From Octopus vulgaris (taxonomy: Eukaryota): a stretch of 64,000 nucleotides of DNA. Below the pieces are notes generated by a model that was not told the DNA's origin, ran no database searches, and worked only from the letters and a program-made list of their open reading frames with translations. A program made the translations under genes and the position numbers. Shown piece after piece: positions 1 through 10,938 of the stretch. Numbering within the stretch: the first letter of the stretch is position 1; each line of letters begins with the position of its first letter. The stretch spans positions 51,460,001 through 51,524,000 of the forward strand of contig OX597826.1 of the NCBI GenBank assembly GCA_951406725.2, given 5' to 3'.

Positions 1-63
1 TTTTACTTTCCCTTTCTCAGTTATTTCTCTCTTTTATTCCGTCCTCTCACTCCCTCTCCAACC

Positions 64-104
<41 letters not shown>

Positions 105-140
105 GCTTTCTCTCTCTCTCTCTGTCTCACTCTCTCTTCT
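1..140. repeat. (TC)n / pyrimidine-rich simple repeat
   Basis: TC dinucleotide run at ~65-125 inside a CT-rich tract. Confidence 0.9.
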
Positions 141-376
141 CGTTCTCGATTTGGACTCCTCTTATTCACTTACACCTCTCTAACACTGCTGCTTTTTATT
201 TTCTCATAGCTTTCCTCGATCAGAACTGATAATAATCTTTACGTTTCGCGATTGTTGTGAGACGACTCGTCTAGATATATATATATTATATATATTAGGC
301 GTTCATAATGTCGATTCTAAATTTTATGTGATTGATTGCCTATTGATTGATGATATATTTACTTAAGTGGTCACCC

Positions 377-447
<71 letters not shown>

Positions 448-735
448 GAGAGACAGAAAGAAGTGGACGGGATTTTTCGCTTTTCTTTTGGTCTACTTGA
501 AGTGATTTGCTTAATCTCTGCAACTGCAGGTAACATTTCCGCGTACAATTATCTGTTGGTACCTGCTTATATATATATGTAAATATGCATAAAGATATAG
601 ATGCAAATGTACATGTATGCCCATACATATATACATACATACATACATACATGCATACATACATACATATATACATACATACATACATACATACATACAT
701 ACATTCATACATACATTCATACATACATACATACA

Positions 736-771
<36 letters not shown>

Positions 772-940
772 TGAATATATATCTCAGACACACACACACA
801 CACACACAGATATATATATATCCAGCTATTGTGTATGTAGTTCACTCTTAGCCTTGAATGTAATGATATATGAATAATATATGGCGTGTACTGATACACC
901 GGCGATTATAATTAATTTTATTGTATCGCATTTATCTTTG

Positions 941-1002
<62 letters not shown>

Positions 1003-1015
1003 TAAATACATTCAT
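377..1015. repeat. Compound microsatellite cluster (TA)n/(CA)n/(TACA)n
   Basis: Visible runs at 377-444, 625-810 and 945-1000. The overlapping ORFs are repeat translations. Confidence 0.95.
463..529 (+). other. Weak candidate host exon (signal-peptide-like, phase-1 donor)
   Basis: GTG-initiated VDGIFRFSFGLLEVICLISATA-G followed by CAG|GTAAC; no ATG. Confidence 0.15.
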
Positions 1016-1056
1016 ATATACGCGTATATGTAAAGTCAATATGCGGTTATTATGTT

Positions 1057-1590
1057 CGAGCGAAATGCGTAGCAGTATTTTGTTTGCCGTTACGTTCTGA
1101 GTTCAAATTCCGCCGAGGTAGACTTTGCCTTTCATCCTTTCGGTGTCGATTAAATAAGTACCAGTTACGCACTGAGGCCGATGTAATCGACTTAATCCGT
1201 TTGTCTGTCCTTGTTTGTTCGCTCTGTGTTTAGCCCCCTGTGGGTAGTAAAGAAATAAGTATTTCGTCTGCCGCTACGTTCTGAGTTCAAAATCCGCCGA
1301 GGTCGACTTTACCTTTCATCGTTTCGGGGTAGATTAAATAAGTAAGAGTTACGCACTGGGATAGATATAATCAACTTAATCCGTTTGTCTTTTCTGTGTT
1401 TAGCCTCTTGTGGGTAGTAAGAAATAGGTATTTCGTCTGTCTTTACGTTCTGAGTTCAAAATCCGCCGAGGTCAACTGTACCTTTCATCCTTTCGGAGTC
1501 GATAAATTAAGTACCAGTTGCGTACTGGGGTTGATCTAATCGTGTCGTCCCCTCACCCCAAATGTTGGGCCTCGTGCCTAGAGTAGAAAA
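1057..1590 (+). mobile_element. Head-to-tail trimer of a tRNA-derived SINE with a Nin/Deu-like central domain (family A)
   Basis: Three units (~1057-1259, 1260-1428, 1429-1590). Each has a B-box-like GAGTTCAAA(T/A)TCC followed by GCCGAGGTCGACTTTGCCTTTCATCCTTTCGG..GATAAATTAAGTACCAG variants. Confidence 0.85.
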
Positions 1591-1804
1591 TATTATTTTA
1601 ATAGAAGTACAAGAAGGACGAGGAAATACTTATTTCCTTGTCCCTCCTCTCAGTAATTTTAAATTTTAAAAATTTATTCAAGGCTCGCCAGGTAGCCTAT
1701 TGAATCAATTTTAATATAGTGCCAGGGAAAGCTCAATATTTCAGTCAACACGAATCTTTCGTATGTGCACGTGTGTGTGTGTGTATATGTGTGCGTATGT
1801 ATTC

Positions 1805-2212
1805 TCGTATTCTGTTACTTCTCATAGTCATTTGATTGCAGCCATGCTGGAGCACCGCCTTAAGAGGTTTTATTTGTAGAAATCGACCCCGGGACTTATT
1901 CTTCGTAATCTTAGAATTTATTCTATCGGGATCGTAGCCGAACCACTAAGTTACAGGGATGTAAACACACCAACGTCGGTTGTCAAGCGATGGTTGGGGC
2001 GGCAAACACAGGTACAAAGACACACATACATAAATAAAGATATACATGTGTCGGGCTTCTTTCAGTTTCCGCCTACCAAATCCACTCTCAAAGCTTCGGT
2101 CGGCCCGAGGCTGTAGTAGAAGATACTTGCCCAAGGTGCCATGCAGTGTGACTAAACCCGACACCTTGTGGTAGGGAAGCAAGCTTCTAACTACACAGTC
2201 ACTCCTACCGCC
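1805..2212 (-). mobile_element. tRNA-derived SINE with a CORE-like domain (family B)
   Basis: The reverse complement has a tRNA-like head, GGCACCTTGGGCAAGTATCTTCTACT and the tail AAGGCGGTGCTCCAGCATGGC. Homologous to 8330-8760 and 23795-24205. Confidence 0.8.
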
Positions 2213-3635
2213 TGACTGTATGGTAGTTTTCATTAATTTATGAATGAAATGTGATATCACGTGATTTATTGGCGTCACTATTTGGCTCGCGATTGGTGTA
2301 GGGCTGCTGAAACTGGAGAAGCTATGCTGTTGGTATTAAGTGTGAACATTTGTAAAGAATTCCTTAAATTAGAAAAAAGAAAAAAAGATTAAAGTGGAAG
2401 TTTTATGGGGTAGTATTTCAATAGGAAAAATATTAAGGAAAGCCTTTGGTGCGGAAGTTAGCGGTGCAGTTATGAGAAATCAGATAGTAAAAGTAGATGA
2501 AAGCGAAATTTGCGAAGTAGGAGACTTTTGGGATGGTTAGAATATGAGCTACAAAAGTTATTATATATATATAGATTGTATTAGACACCGTTCTAAAAGC
2601 AACAGCAGAGATAAAGTAAATAATTAGTACTAAATGTGTATATTGGGCTAAATTGAAACTCTATGGTCTTTAAAATACTGTACATTACATAATATAGTCC
2701 TAAATACCCATAAACGAAAGGAATGGTGACGACTCTAATGTCAACAATAATAGGTATGCTCGATCATAACTGGCCTGCGGTTAAATCTCAACAACATTAT
2801 TAGCAACAGGAACATCAACGGAAATAACAACTACAGCAACATAGATAAGCGCTATGTGAAACTTCAAAGACCTGTCGGGTAATCGATCTCACCATCACCA
2901 CAGACATCGATATTATAGTCTATGTTTACATGCATCGTTTCTTAGCATGGACTCCTTATTGGTCGACAATGTTCTTCCGCCTGCTTCTTTCGTCATTAAT
3001 TAACTGAGCATAAGAAAATAGTAGATTTGCATGATCAACAAGATGTTGTATGTAACTTAACTGCTAAAAGCCCCCGAGCAACACATTAGCTATCTTGTTA
3101 TCGTGTATCTCTATCTCCGCTAATTCTATTTTCTTAGCTTCTAATTTAATTATTCACTATTGAAGATGCGAATTGCCCTATTGGTTAACTTTATTTGACT
3201 ACTGACTAGGAATGAAACACCGCCGTAAGCAGTTCATTGTACTTTTGGGGGCAGATATGTAGCTGCTCACCTAACATACGGGAACAGGCTTCAGAAGATA
3301 AATCAGAGAATCCATTGTTGGACTTTTATGTGTATGTGAAGAAGACAAGAGTAAGCAAATGTATTGTGTATACTGACAAAGAAAACCTTGAATTTTTTTT
3401 CGTTTCTGGAACGTATATCTGTTGTTTTCGAATTGATGTAGCATAATTTAAAATATTCCTAATTATTACTCTGTGTAAATTAATACTAAATGATTTTCAC
3501 TGAATACATTATCCTTCAATTATCTTAGATACTGCGACAGGTATCTCTGGCATCCATTAACTTAGCTTCACCCTCGGGTTTATGTGGTGTTTGCCTTTAC
3601 TAATACTGATATTTACATATGTTATAATATATACA

Positions 3636-3709
3636 CTTTCACTCGTTTAAAGAGATAGTATCATAAGACCAAAATATTTCCTCGAGAGAAAAGTTAAGAA
3701 AAGCCAATA

Positions 3710-3746
<37 letters not shown>

Positions 3747-3759
3747 TATATACACACAT

Positions 3760-3852
<93 letters not shown>

Positions 3853-4060
3853 TTTGTGTCTGTGTTTGTCCCCCCAAAATCTCTTGACAACCGATGCTGG
3901 AGTCGATTTGCTTGACTAAAGGCGGTGCTCCAGCATGGCTACAATCAAATGACTGAAAGAATTAAAAGAGTAAAAGAGTATATATATTGACGTTTGTAAA
4001 TCTTTTCTCCCGAGGAAAGATTTTGGTCTTATGGTAATATCTCTTTAAACGAGTGAAAAG
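3636..4060. mobile_element. MITE-like inverted repeat enclosing microsatellites and a family-B SINE 3' half
   Basis: 3636-3693 is the reverse complement of 4002-4060 with few mismatches. The SINE tail lies at ~3853-3980. Confidence 0.7.
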
Positions 4061-4312
4061 GACGAGTATATATATATCGTAGCTATGTAACTCTCAATAT
4101 TAACAGTTTTGATAGGAAACAAAAAGTCTTGCATGTTCTCTCCAAATTCTTCATGGGAAAGATCGCTTAAAGAGCATGCAACCATTTATTGATTGCACGC
4201 CCATGACATTTTGTACATTCTATTTGCTAACTATGACAATAACGATTATCACGTAATTCCGACTTTCCGAAACAGCTGTCAAGTGAAAAACTATGCATTC
4301 TATGTATATATG

Positions 4313-4373
<61 letters not shown>

Positions 4374-4552
4374 GTGTATGTAATAATAATCGTGTTTATC
4401 TGCATCACACTCTCCATATTAACTCACATGAATTTCTCTTTTGGTCACTCTTGATTACCGAGTCCTCGATAAAAATTCAAGTTTAAGTTCAAGCCGTTTG
4501 AGCACCACGAGGTATTTTCTATACTCACCATTTCCAGTTCTCAACTTGTTAC

Positions 4553-4558
4553 TCTATA

Positions 4559-4589
<31 letters not shown>

Positions 4590-4634
4590 GTACACAAACA
4601 CATAAAGCTGAAAATGTGTGTCTGACTATCCACC

Positions 4635-4669
<35 letters not shown>

Positions 4670-5115
4670 GTGTCTGTATGTGTGCATCAGAAAAACTCGA
4701 CAACTAGCCAACAGATTTCATTCAAATTGTACACATGCATATAGTGTCGTGGGCCAAAACATTTTCAGTTTCTTGCCTAATGCGAGCCCGCAACAATCTC
4801 TTATCTCTTACACTGTTTCTGTACATGTCAAAAGTAAAACAGTAACATCTCTATTAATACTTTCACTATTATATGGTTTCAGTTTCAATTACTTTCATAA
4901 AAACTGAGAATGTGTGTCTGTCTGTCTCTGTGTTTTCCTAAAACTTGAGAACTACACAACCAATTTCATTCAAATTTTACGCAAGCCTTACCTAGGGTCC
5001 ATGTAGTGTCATGGGCAAAAAAATGTTTAACTTCTTGCCTAGAGCGAGCCCACAGCAATATCATATCTCCTCCACTATTTCAGTATTACGTGTTAAAAGT
5101 GAAACAAAAACATCT
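4553..5115 (+). mobile_element. Non-autonomous Helitron-like 5' region with an internal tandem duplication
   Basis: TCTATAC...ATAAAGCTGAAAATGTGTG(TCTG)n...ATTTCATTCAAATT resembles Helitron 5' ends. 4608-4855 is repeated, diverged, at 4904-5123. Confidence 0.55.
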
Positions 5116-5133
5116 CTCTATTGTATGTATATG

Positions 5134-5197
<64 letters not shown>

Positions 5198-5198
<1 letters not shown>

Positions 5199-6130
5199 CA
5201 AAATATAAAGTTATATCTTGAGATCGTTAGTGACAACAACGCTCAATATATATAACAGACTGGAATAGTACTGCTCAAATGAGCTGTATACAATTTTTAA
5301 TCTGAGCAGCAAGAGCACTACAAACTCCACAGAAAGATCAAACACATACATATATTCATATATTCATTTACATCTACAGAACAGACATAAAGCCCGACGT
5401 TTAGAAATATATAGTAATATATAAATATATAGATATATAAACATCATATAAAATATATTGTACGCGTAAGATCCACTCGACGTTCCATAAGAAATTTAGG
5501 AATAAAAATTGCAATAAAAGTTAGAGGTAATAATAACAATTGAATTAAATATAGTAAATATAGTAAGTAATAATTAAAATAAAATTAAATTATGGTAATT
5601 AAATCGTAATATTACAATTAAAAGAAAAAAATAGCAATTAGTATAAAATGTATCAAGGCTTTGAAGTCGAATATGAATGGGAGAAATTAAAAGATGAAAA
5701 ATTTAATTGAGTGCAGAAGTGAATTAGTCCAGATGGTGCTGTGCGCATACCATTTACTATAGCTGCTCGATTGAATTATATGCTTATAAAGTAGCATTCA
5801 GTATCTATGAAAATTTTTGGGAGTACGTAATGTCTGGTCTTTCGCATGTAGCAGGTATGTAATTGTGCATTTGTTTCCGTGTACTATGTGTTGTGAGTAA
5901 AAAACATCCTGACGAGGGGAGTGTCAATTTTAAATATATGATATGTTTCATATTAATTGGTGCTTCTCCGAAACGGCCCGGAGATGACATGTTATGTATT
6001 TTTGTAAATTTGTATATTTATCTTCTATATATTTTTCTCTGGAATTTTAATTCGCCTTTGTAATGTCATTTTATGTTTTATTACCCCAAATTTTTAATTT
6101 AACAAATTTATAACGCCGGGTCATAATGTT
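5198..6130 (+). mobile_element. (TA)n-flanked insert with a hammerhead-like motif (probable PLE terminal-repeat relic)
   Basis: Bounded by (TA)n on both sides, A-rich body, T-rich end. CTGACGA at 5909-5915 and GAAAC at 5970-5974 are joined by a long stem. Confidence 0.55.
5905..5986 (+). ncRNA. Degenerate type I hammerhead ribozyme with extended stem II
   Basis: catc-CTGACGA-[5916-5929 pairs with 5955-5969]-GAAAC-ggcc-cgga-gatg. The NUH cleavage triplet is missing. Confidence 0.55.
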
Positions 6131-6132
6131 AG

Positions 6133-6163
<31 letters not shown>

Positions 6164-6554
6164 GTATGTATGTATGTGTATGTATGTGAGTGAGAGAATG
6201 TGTGTTAGTGTGCGTGTGTATGTATGTATATACGCACATATACGCATTAGCACAACTGGCTTCAACTTGCTAGATATACCAGTTGTTTAAAAGGAAGGAT
6301 AATTCATTAACCTTGTCTTAATTACGCAATTTCAAACAAGAAAGAAAAATGACTGGAATGCCATACTTTGTATCATAAGTTTGCTACATCTTGGCTGAGC
6401 TCGTAAAAAATAACGATCGTCTTTCATATTTGGTCTCTCTTACTACGTCCTAAGCTTAAGCAATAATACCAGATTCATCATGTTATCTCTTTATAATACA
6501 ATCAACCTATCAAATACTCCTACTCTTGGTTATATTCATGGCTATGATGGTGAA

Positions 6555-6760
6555 ATTACAGAAGCGTTAGCACGCCGGATAAAATGCTTGTTTTGAGTTC
6601 AAATGCCGTAAAGGTTGCCTTTTATTCTTTCGGAAAGGATAAAATAAGTACTGGTTGAACATCTCTTCCTTTCAGGGTTGATAAAATGAGTGCTATTTGA
6701 AAAGTCAAAGTAATCGACTTCCTCACCTCACAAGATTTCAGAACTTCTACCTACAGTATT
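6555..6760 (+). mobile_element. Degenerate family-A SINE
   Basis: cagaagcgttagcacgccgg...gagttcaaatgccg...cttttattctttcgg...ataaaataagtactgg. Confidence 0.65.
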
Positions 6761-7504
6761 AAGTACAGTACTATATTCAGAACTGTTCTATATAACTTAC
6801 TTCGGTTAACATTACTGCAGGAGATGCCAGTCAGTAAGATCTATTTTATTTATAGCAATAAAGAGAGATGAATGCTGCTCGGGACTAAAATCAAGTTATA
6901 ACCAAGGTGAATACCTGAACCTATGTTTTTTTGTTTTTTCTCCTGGTTGAAGGTTCTTTATTTCACGTACACTGGCTCTTATAAAATATGACATTTTCTT
7001 TAATTTGCAATGAATTATTGATCTTATTTCTACTTAAAACCTGTATCTGCTGCAGCAACAGGGATTTTGAACTTATAGAAACAGAAGACAGGGAAAAATA
7101 AATGTCTTTATTATTCTCTATTATTTAGTTTAATTTCTGTCTGTCCCGAATTCCCGTCCACCCAAGTCACATTTTAATTTTCACCTGAGAGACGTTACTA
7201 AAGTAATTGTAAGTAATATATGGGGGTTGATTAAATCAGTTACACCCACTGCAAAAATGTATTTTGAACTCAGGTAGAGGGGAATGGATATTTATGACAT
7301 AAATATGAAATATGATGAACCATCAGAAAATGCAGAAATAATACAACAGATTTACAAAGTTTAAGTTTGCTCAGTGAGAGATTGAAAGAGAGAATGAGAG
7401 AAGTAGAGGAAGAAAGAGAGTGAGAGGCAAAGAGAGAGAGAGAGATGTTGACGACCAAAATGAGTGTGTGAGTAAGGTACAGAGAATAAATTTAGAAGAT
7501 TGAA

Positions 7505-7535
<31 letters not shown>

Positions 7536-8329
7536 CAGAGTCCGAGAAAGAGAGAGAGAAATAGAGATAGGGAAAGCGAGAGATAACATGTAAATATGAC
7601 CCTTTTTTAAAGGCATAATAAAAAATAAATGCACAGCGCTTTTGATGTTAGATTTCCGAGCTGAAATTCAATTAAGTGTTATCTAAAAATTATATTTTCA
7701 AAAAGAAAGGAAATACTTTTATAACATTGAAAAAAATATCAAAAATAAACATTTCTTTAGGATACTTGATAGTTATATTCTTTAAAAAATAACACTTACA
7801 TTAAACTAATTCCTTATATATCAGTTATTAGCTTTAAGTATATCTCAATTGTAACCTTAATTAACTTTTTAAAAACTAGTTTATTTTTTAAAGTTCGTTA
7901 CTTTAATAGTTATGAATATTAAAAGAAAAATACTGAACACCATATCAACAAAATTGTTTGAAAATTACGTAGAGAAATCATATTGAGATATTAACCATAA
8001 AATGATTATTGGCATTATGTAACGATGAGAGCGTGATCCTTTAATCTACCCTATATTTGATGCAGTGTCAAAAGAGGACCTTCTGAAAGACATTTATTTT
8101 TCCTTGTCTTCTGTTTCTATAAGTTCAAAATCCCTATTGCTACAGCAGATACTGGTTCTTAAGTAGGAATAAGATCAATAATTCATTGGAAATTAAACAC
8201 AACTGATTTACGAAGAAAGACGTTTCTTACAGCTAGAAAAGAGTGATCAGAAAAGAGTGATTCGGCTATGTTGGAGATACAATAAGCAACTTATTGATTA
8301 TAGAGGGTGGATACGTTAAGTATATGTGC

Positions 8330-8490
8330 AACAGTGGCTGTGTGGTAAGAAATTTGATTCTCAACCACATGGTCCCACATACAGTACTACTGCGTGGCAG
8401 TGGGATTGAACCCAGTGTCTTCTGCTACAGGCAGGTGCCGACCAAAGCCTTACGAATGGATTTGTTAGGCAGAAAATGAAAGAAGCCCGT

Positions 8491-8548
<58 letters not shown>

Positions 8549-8760
8549 TGTATGTGTGTGTGTGTCTGTGTCTGTGTTTGTCCCCTATCACCGCTTGACA
8601 ACCGGCATTGGTGCGTTTACATCTCCGCAATTTAATGGTTCGGCAAAGGAGACCGGTAATGCACTTAAAAATTGTCCAGGCGTCGATTCTTCGACTGCAA
8701 CCTCCAAAGCGGTGACCTAGCATGGCTGCGATTACATGAGTAAAACAAGTGAAGAGAGAC
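8330..8760 (+). mobile_element. Family-B SINE with an internal (TA)n(TG)n tract
   Basis: Head GTGGCTGTGTGGTAAGAA, then AAGAAGCCCGT, the microsatellite, and CCGCTTGACAACCGG...AAGCGGTGACCTAGCATGGC. Confidence 0.8.
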
Positions 8761-8859
8761 TTCAGCGGGAGCTGAACCTCTAACTTTAAGATTATGATGT
8801 ATTTACATTGTAGTCAACAACTTGTCAGATTGTGTAGGCTATATTATTAATATTAATTT

Positions 8860-9513
8860 GTTTACTTTCTCAATTAAGACTATGTCTGGCTTTCTGTTCT
8901 CTATCTCATGGTCGCACTGAATCATAAAATCCCATAGGATCTTTGCATTCCTATTTTCGACGATGCCTTCAGTTTTGTGTTCGTACCAATTGTTTGCTCT
9001 GTCAAGTCCATACTTGTTGCAAAGTGTCTACTGGAGAAGCCTGACTATATTGTCGTGGCGTCTCTTATATTCCTTCTGGGCTAGTGGCGTACATTGGCTG
9101 GTAATATGCCATACGGTTTCACCGTTTTGTCTGCAGATTCTGCACTTATCACTTTCTGCTGTGTTGTCTATTCTGTATTTTATGTAGTTTGTTCTTAATG
9201 CTTGCTCTTGGGCAGCAATGATTAGAGCCTCCGTTTCCGGTTTTAAATCACTTTTAGTCATCTACCGCCATCTTTTCTCTCTGTCTGTCTTATCTTCAAC
9301 ATCCCTATCAAATTGACCATACATTCTTTTCTTTATCCACCTATTTTCAGTTTCATTCGATTTCAATTTCTTGTATAGTGCTTTACAGGAAATCTTAGTC
9401 TTTGAGGGTTATTTTTCAGTTGTCCTGCTGGGTTATATTAGTATTTCTATGTCTTCAGCTGCTGACTGGTCAGGGCAGCGAAGAACATGTCCACTCGCTG
9501 TCAAGGCTGGCGC
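8860..9513 (-). mobile_element. R4/Dong-like non-LTR retrotransposon fragment (CCHC knuckle plus start of the restriction-like endonuclease)
   Basis: LKPETEALIIAAQEQALRTNY..CRICRQNGETVWHITSQC..EYKRRHD, continuing after a frameshift as WYEHK..KILWDFMIQCDHEIENRKPDIVLIEK. Abuts a (TAT)n run. Confidence 0.85.

Positions 9514-9583
<70 letters not shown>
9514..9583. repeat. (ATT)n microsatellite
   Basis: Pure trinucleotide run. Confidence 0.95.
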
Positions 9584-9587
9584 GTTG

Positions 9588-9965
9588 AGGCAGTGAGCTG
9601 ATATCATCGTCGGACGAAATGCGTAGCGGCATTTCTTCTGGTTTTACATTCTGAGTTCAAATGCTGCTGAGTCCGACTTTGCTTCTCACTCTTTTGGGGC
9701 TGATGATATAAGTATTAGTTGAGTACTGGTGTCTATGTAATCGATTGACTTTCATCCTCCATCCATTGCTGCCTTTGTGCCGGCTAAAATGCTGCTAAAC
9801 ATTTTACACCCCTTTACGTTCTGAGTTCAAATTCCGCCGAGGCCGATTTTGCCTTTCATCCTTTCGGCCCCAACAAAATAAATACCAGTTGAATATTGAC
9901 GTCGATGTAATCGACTTACGTCTTGTCCCCAAAATTTCAGGCCGTGTGCCTTTGGTAGAAGGGGT
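9588..9965 (+). mobile_element. Two adjacent family-A SINE copies
   Basis: TTCTGAGTTCAAAT at ~9649 and ~9819, each followed by the central domain and a tail. Confidence 0.8.
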
Positions 9966-10291
9966 TATTATCATTTATACCAACATTCAAATTGCAGACT
10001 TCATAATATTATTATACTCCTTCTATACTATTTTTAAGATTGATCCTCCGACTAGACATGTGGGTGGAGTAGAACAGTGGTTGACTGAGTATAACAATGG
10101 ACAGCATTGATTTGAGAGGCCTAGTTACGCCTCTTTAAGTTCGGTGTTCAAATCTCTAGAGATCGATAAAATAAGTATCACTCAATTATTCGGTTCGATG
10201 TGATCGACTATTCTCTCTTCCAAAAATTTCATAATGACCTTGTGCTGGTATTAGAAATAATTAATTGTATTCTTCGGATCAGAAAGAGGAG

Positions 10292-10349
<58 letters not shown>

Positions 10350-10858
10350 CTTACTTTCAACTGTTTATGCCAGTATGAATTCAAGTAATCCGTCAATGAT
10401 AGCTAGAACATTGTGCTAACCAATTCCTTTCTACATCACAAAGGCAGGAAGAAGTTCAATAATAGAGATTAGTAACAACAGATCAGAGTCCTTTGTCGAT
10501 TCCTTCTAGTCCAATATAAGCAATAGTAATGTTATCAAAGTTGAATAAATTTCTTGTTTACCGAAAGCTACTCATAACCAGGTTCGCATAGATCGATCTA
10601 ACACTCTGTCTACATGTAGTGTAGTTATGTGTGTATGTGTGTGTATCTGTGCGTGTGTGTGTGTTGTGCGCCTGTGGTGAGTGCATGCTGTGTGTGTGGT
10701 TTGTGCTTGCTGTGTGTGTATGTATATATGTTTCTTAGTTGGCCTTAGTATATCCATGCCTTCCACAAATAATACAACAAATTAATATATGTTGGCATAC
10801 CTACATCGATATAATGGAACGTATATGCATATGTGTGAGATTTTATGCGTGTATTTCG

Positions 10859-10938
<80 letters not shown>

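Noticed and set aside
235-275. Minus-strand GACGAG...CGAAACG hammerhead-like string
   Set aside because: No CUGA and no convincing stems.
1095-1115. B-box GAGTTCAAATTCC as part of a tRNA gene
   Set aside because: Part of a SINE head; no cloverleaf.
9435-9465. Minus-strand CTGAAGA-cata-GAAA
   Set aside because: Only 4 nt between the core blocks, so there is no stem II.
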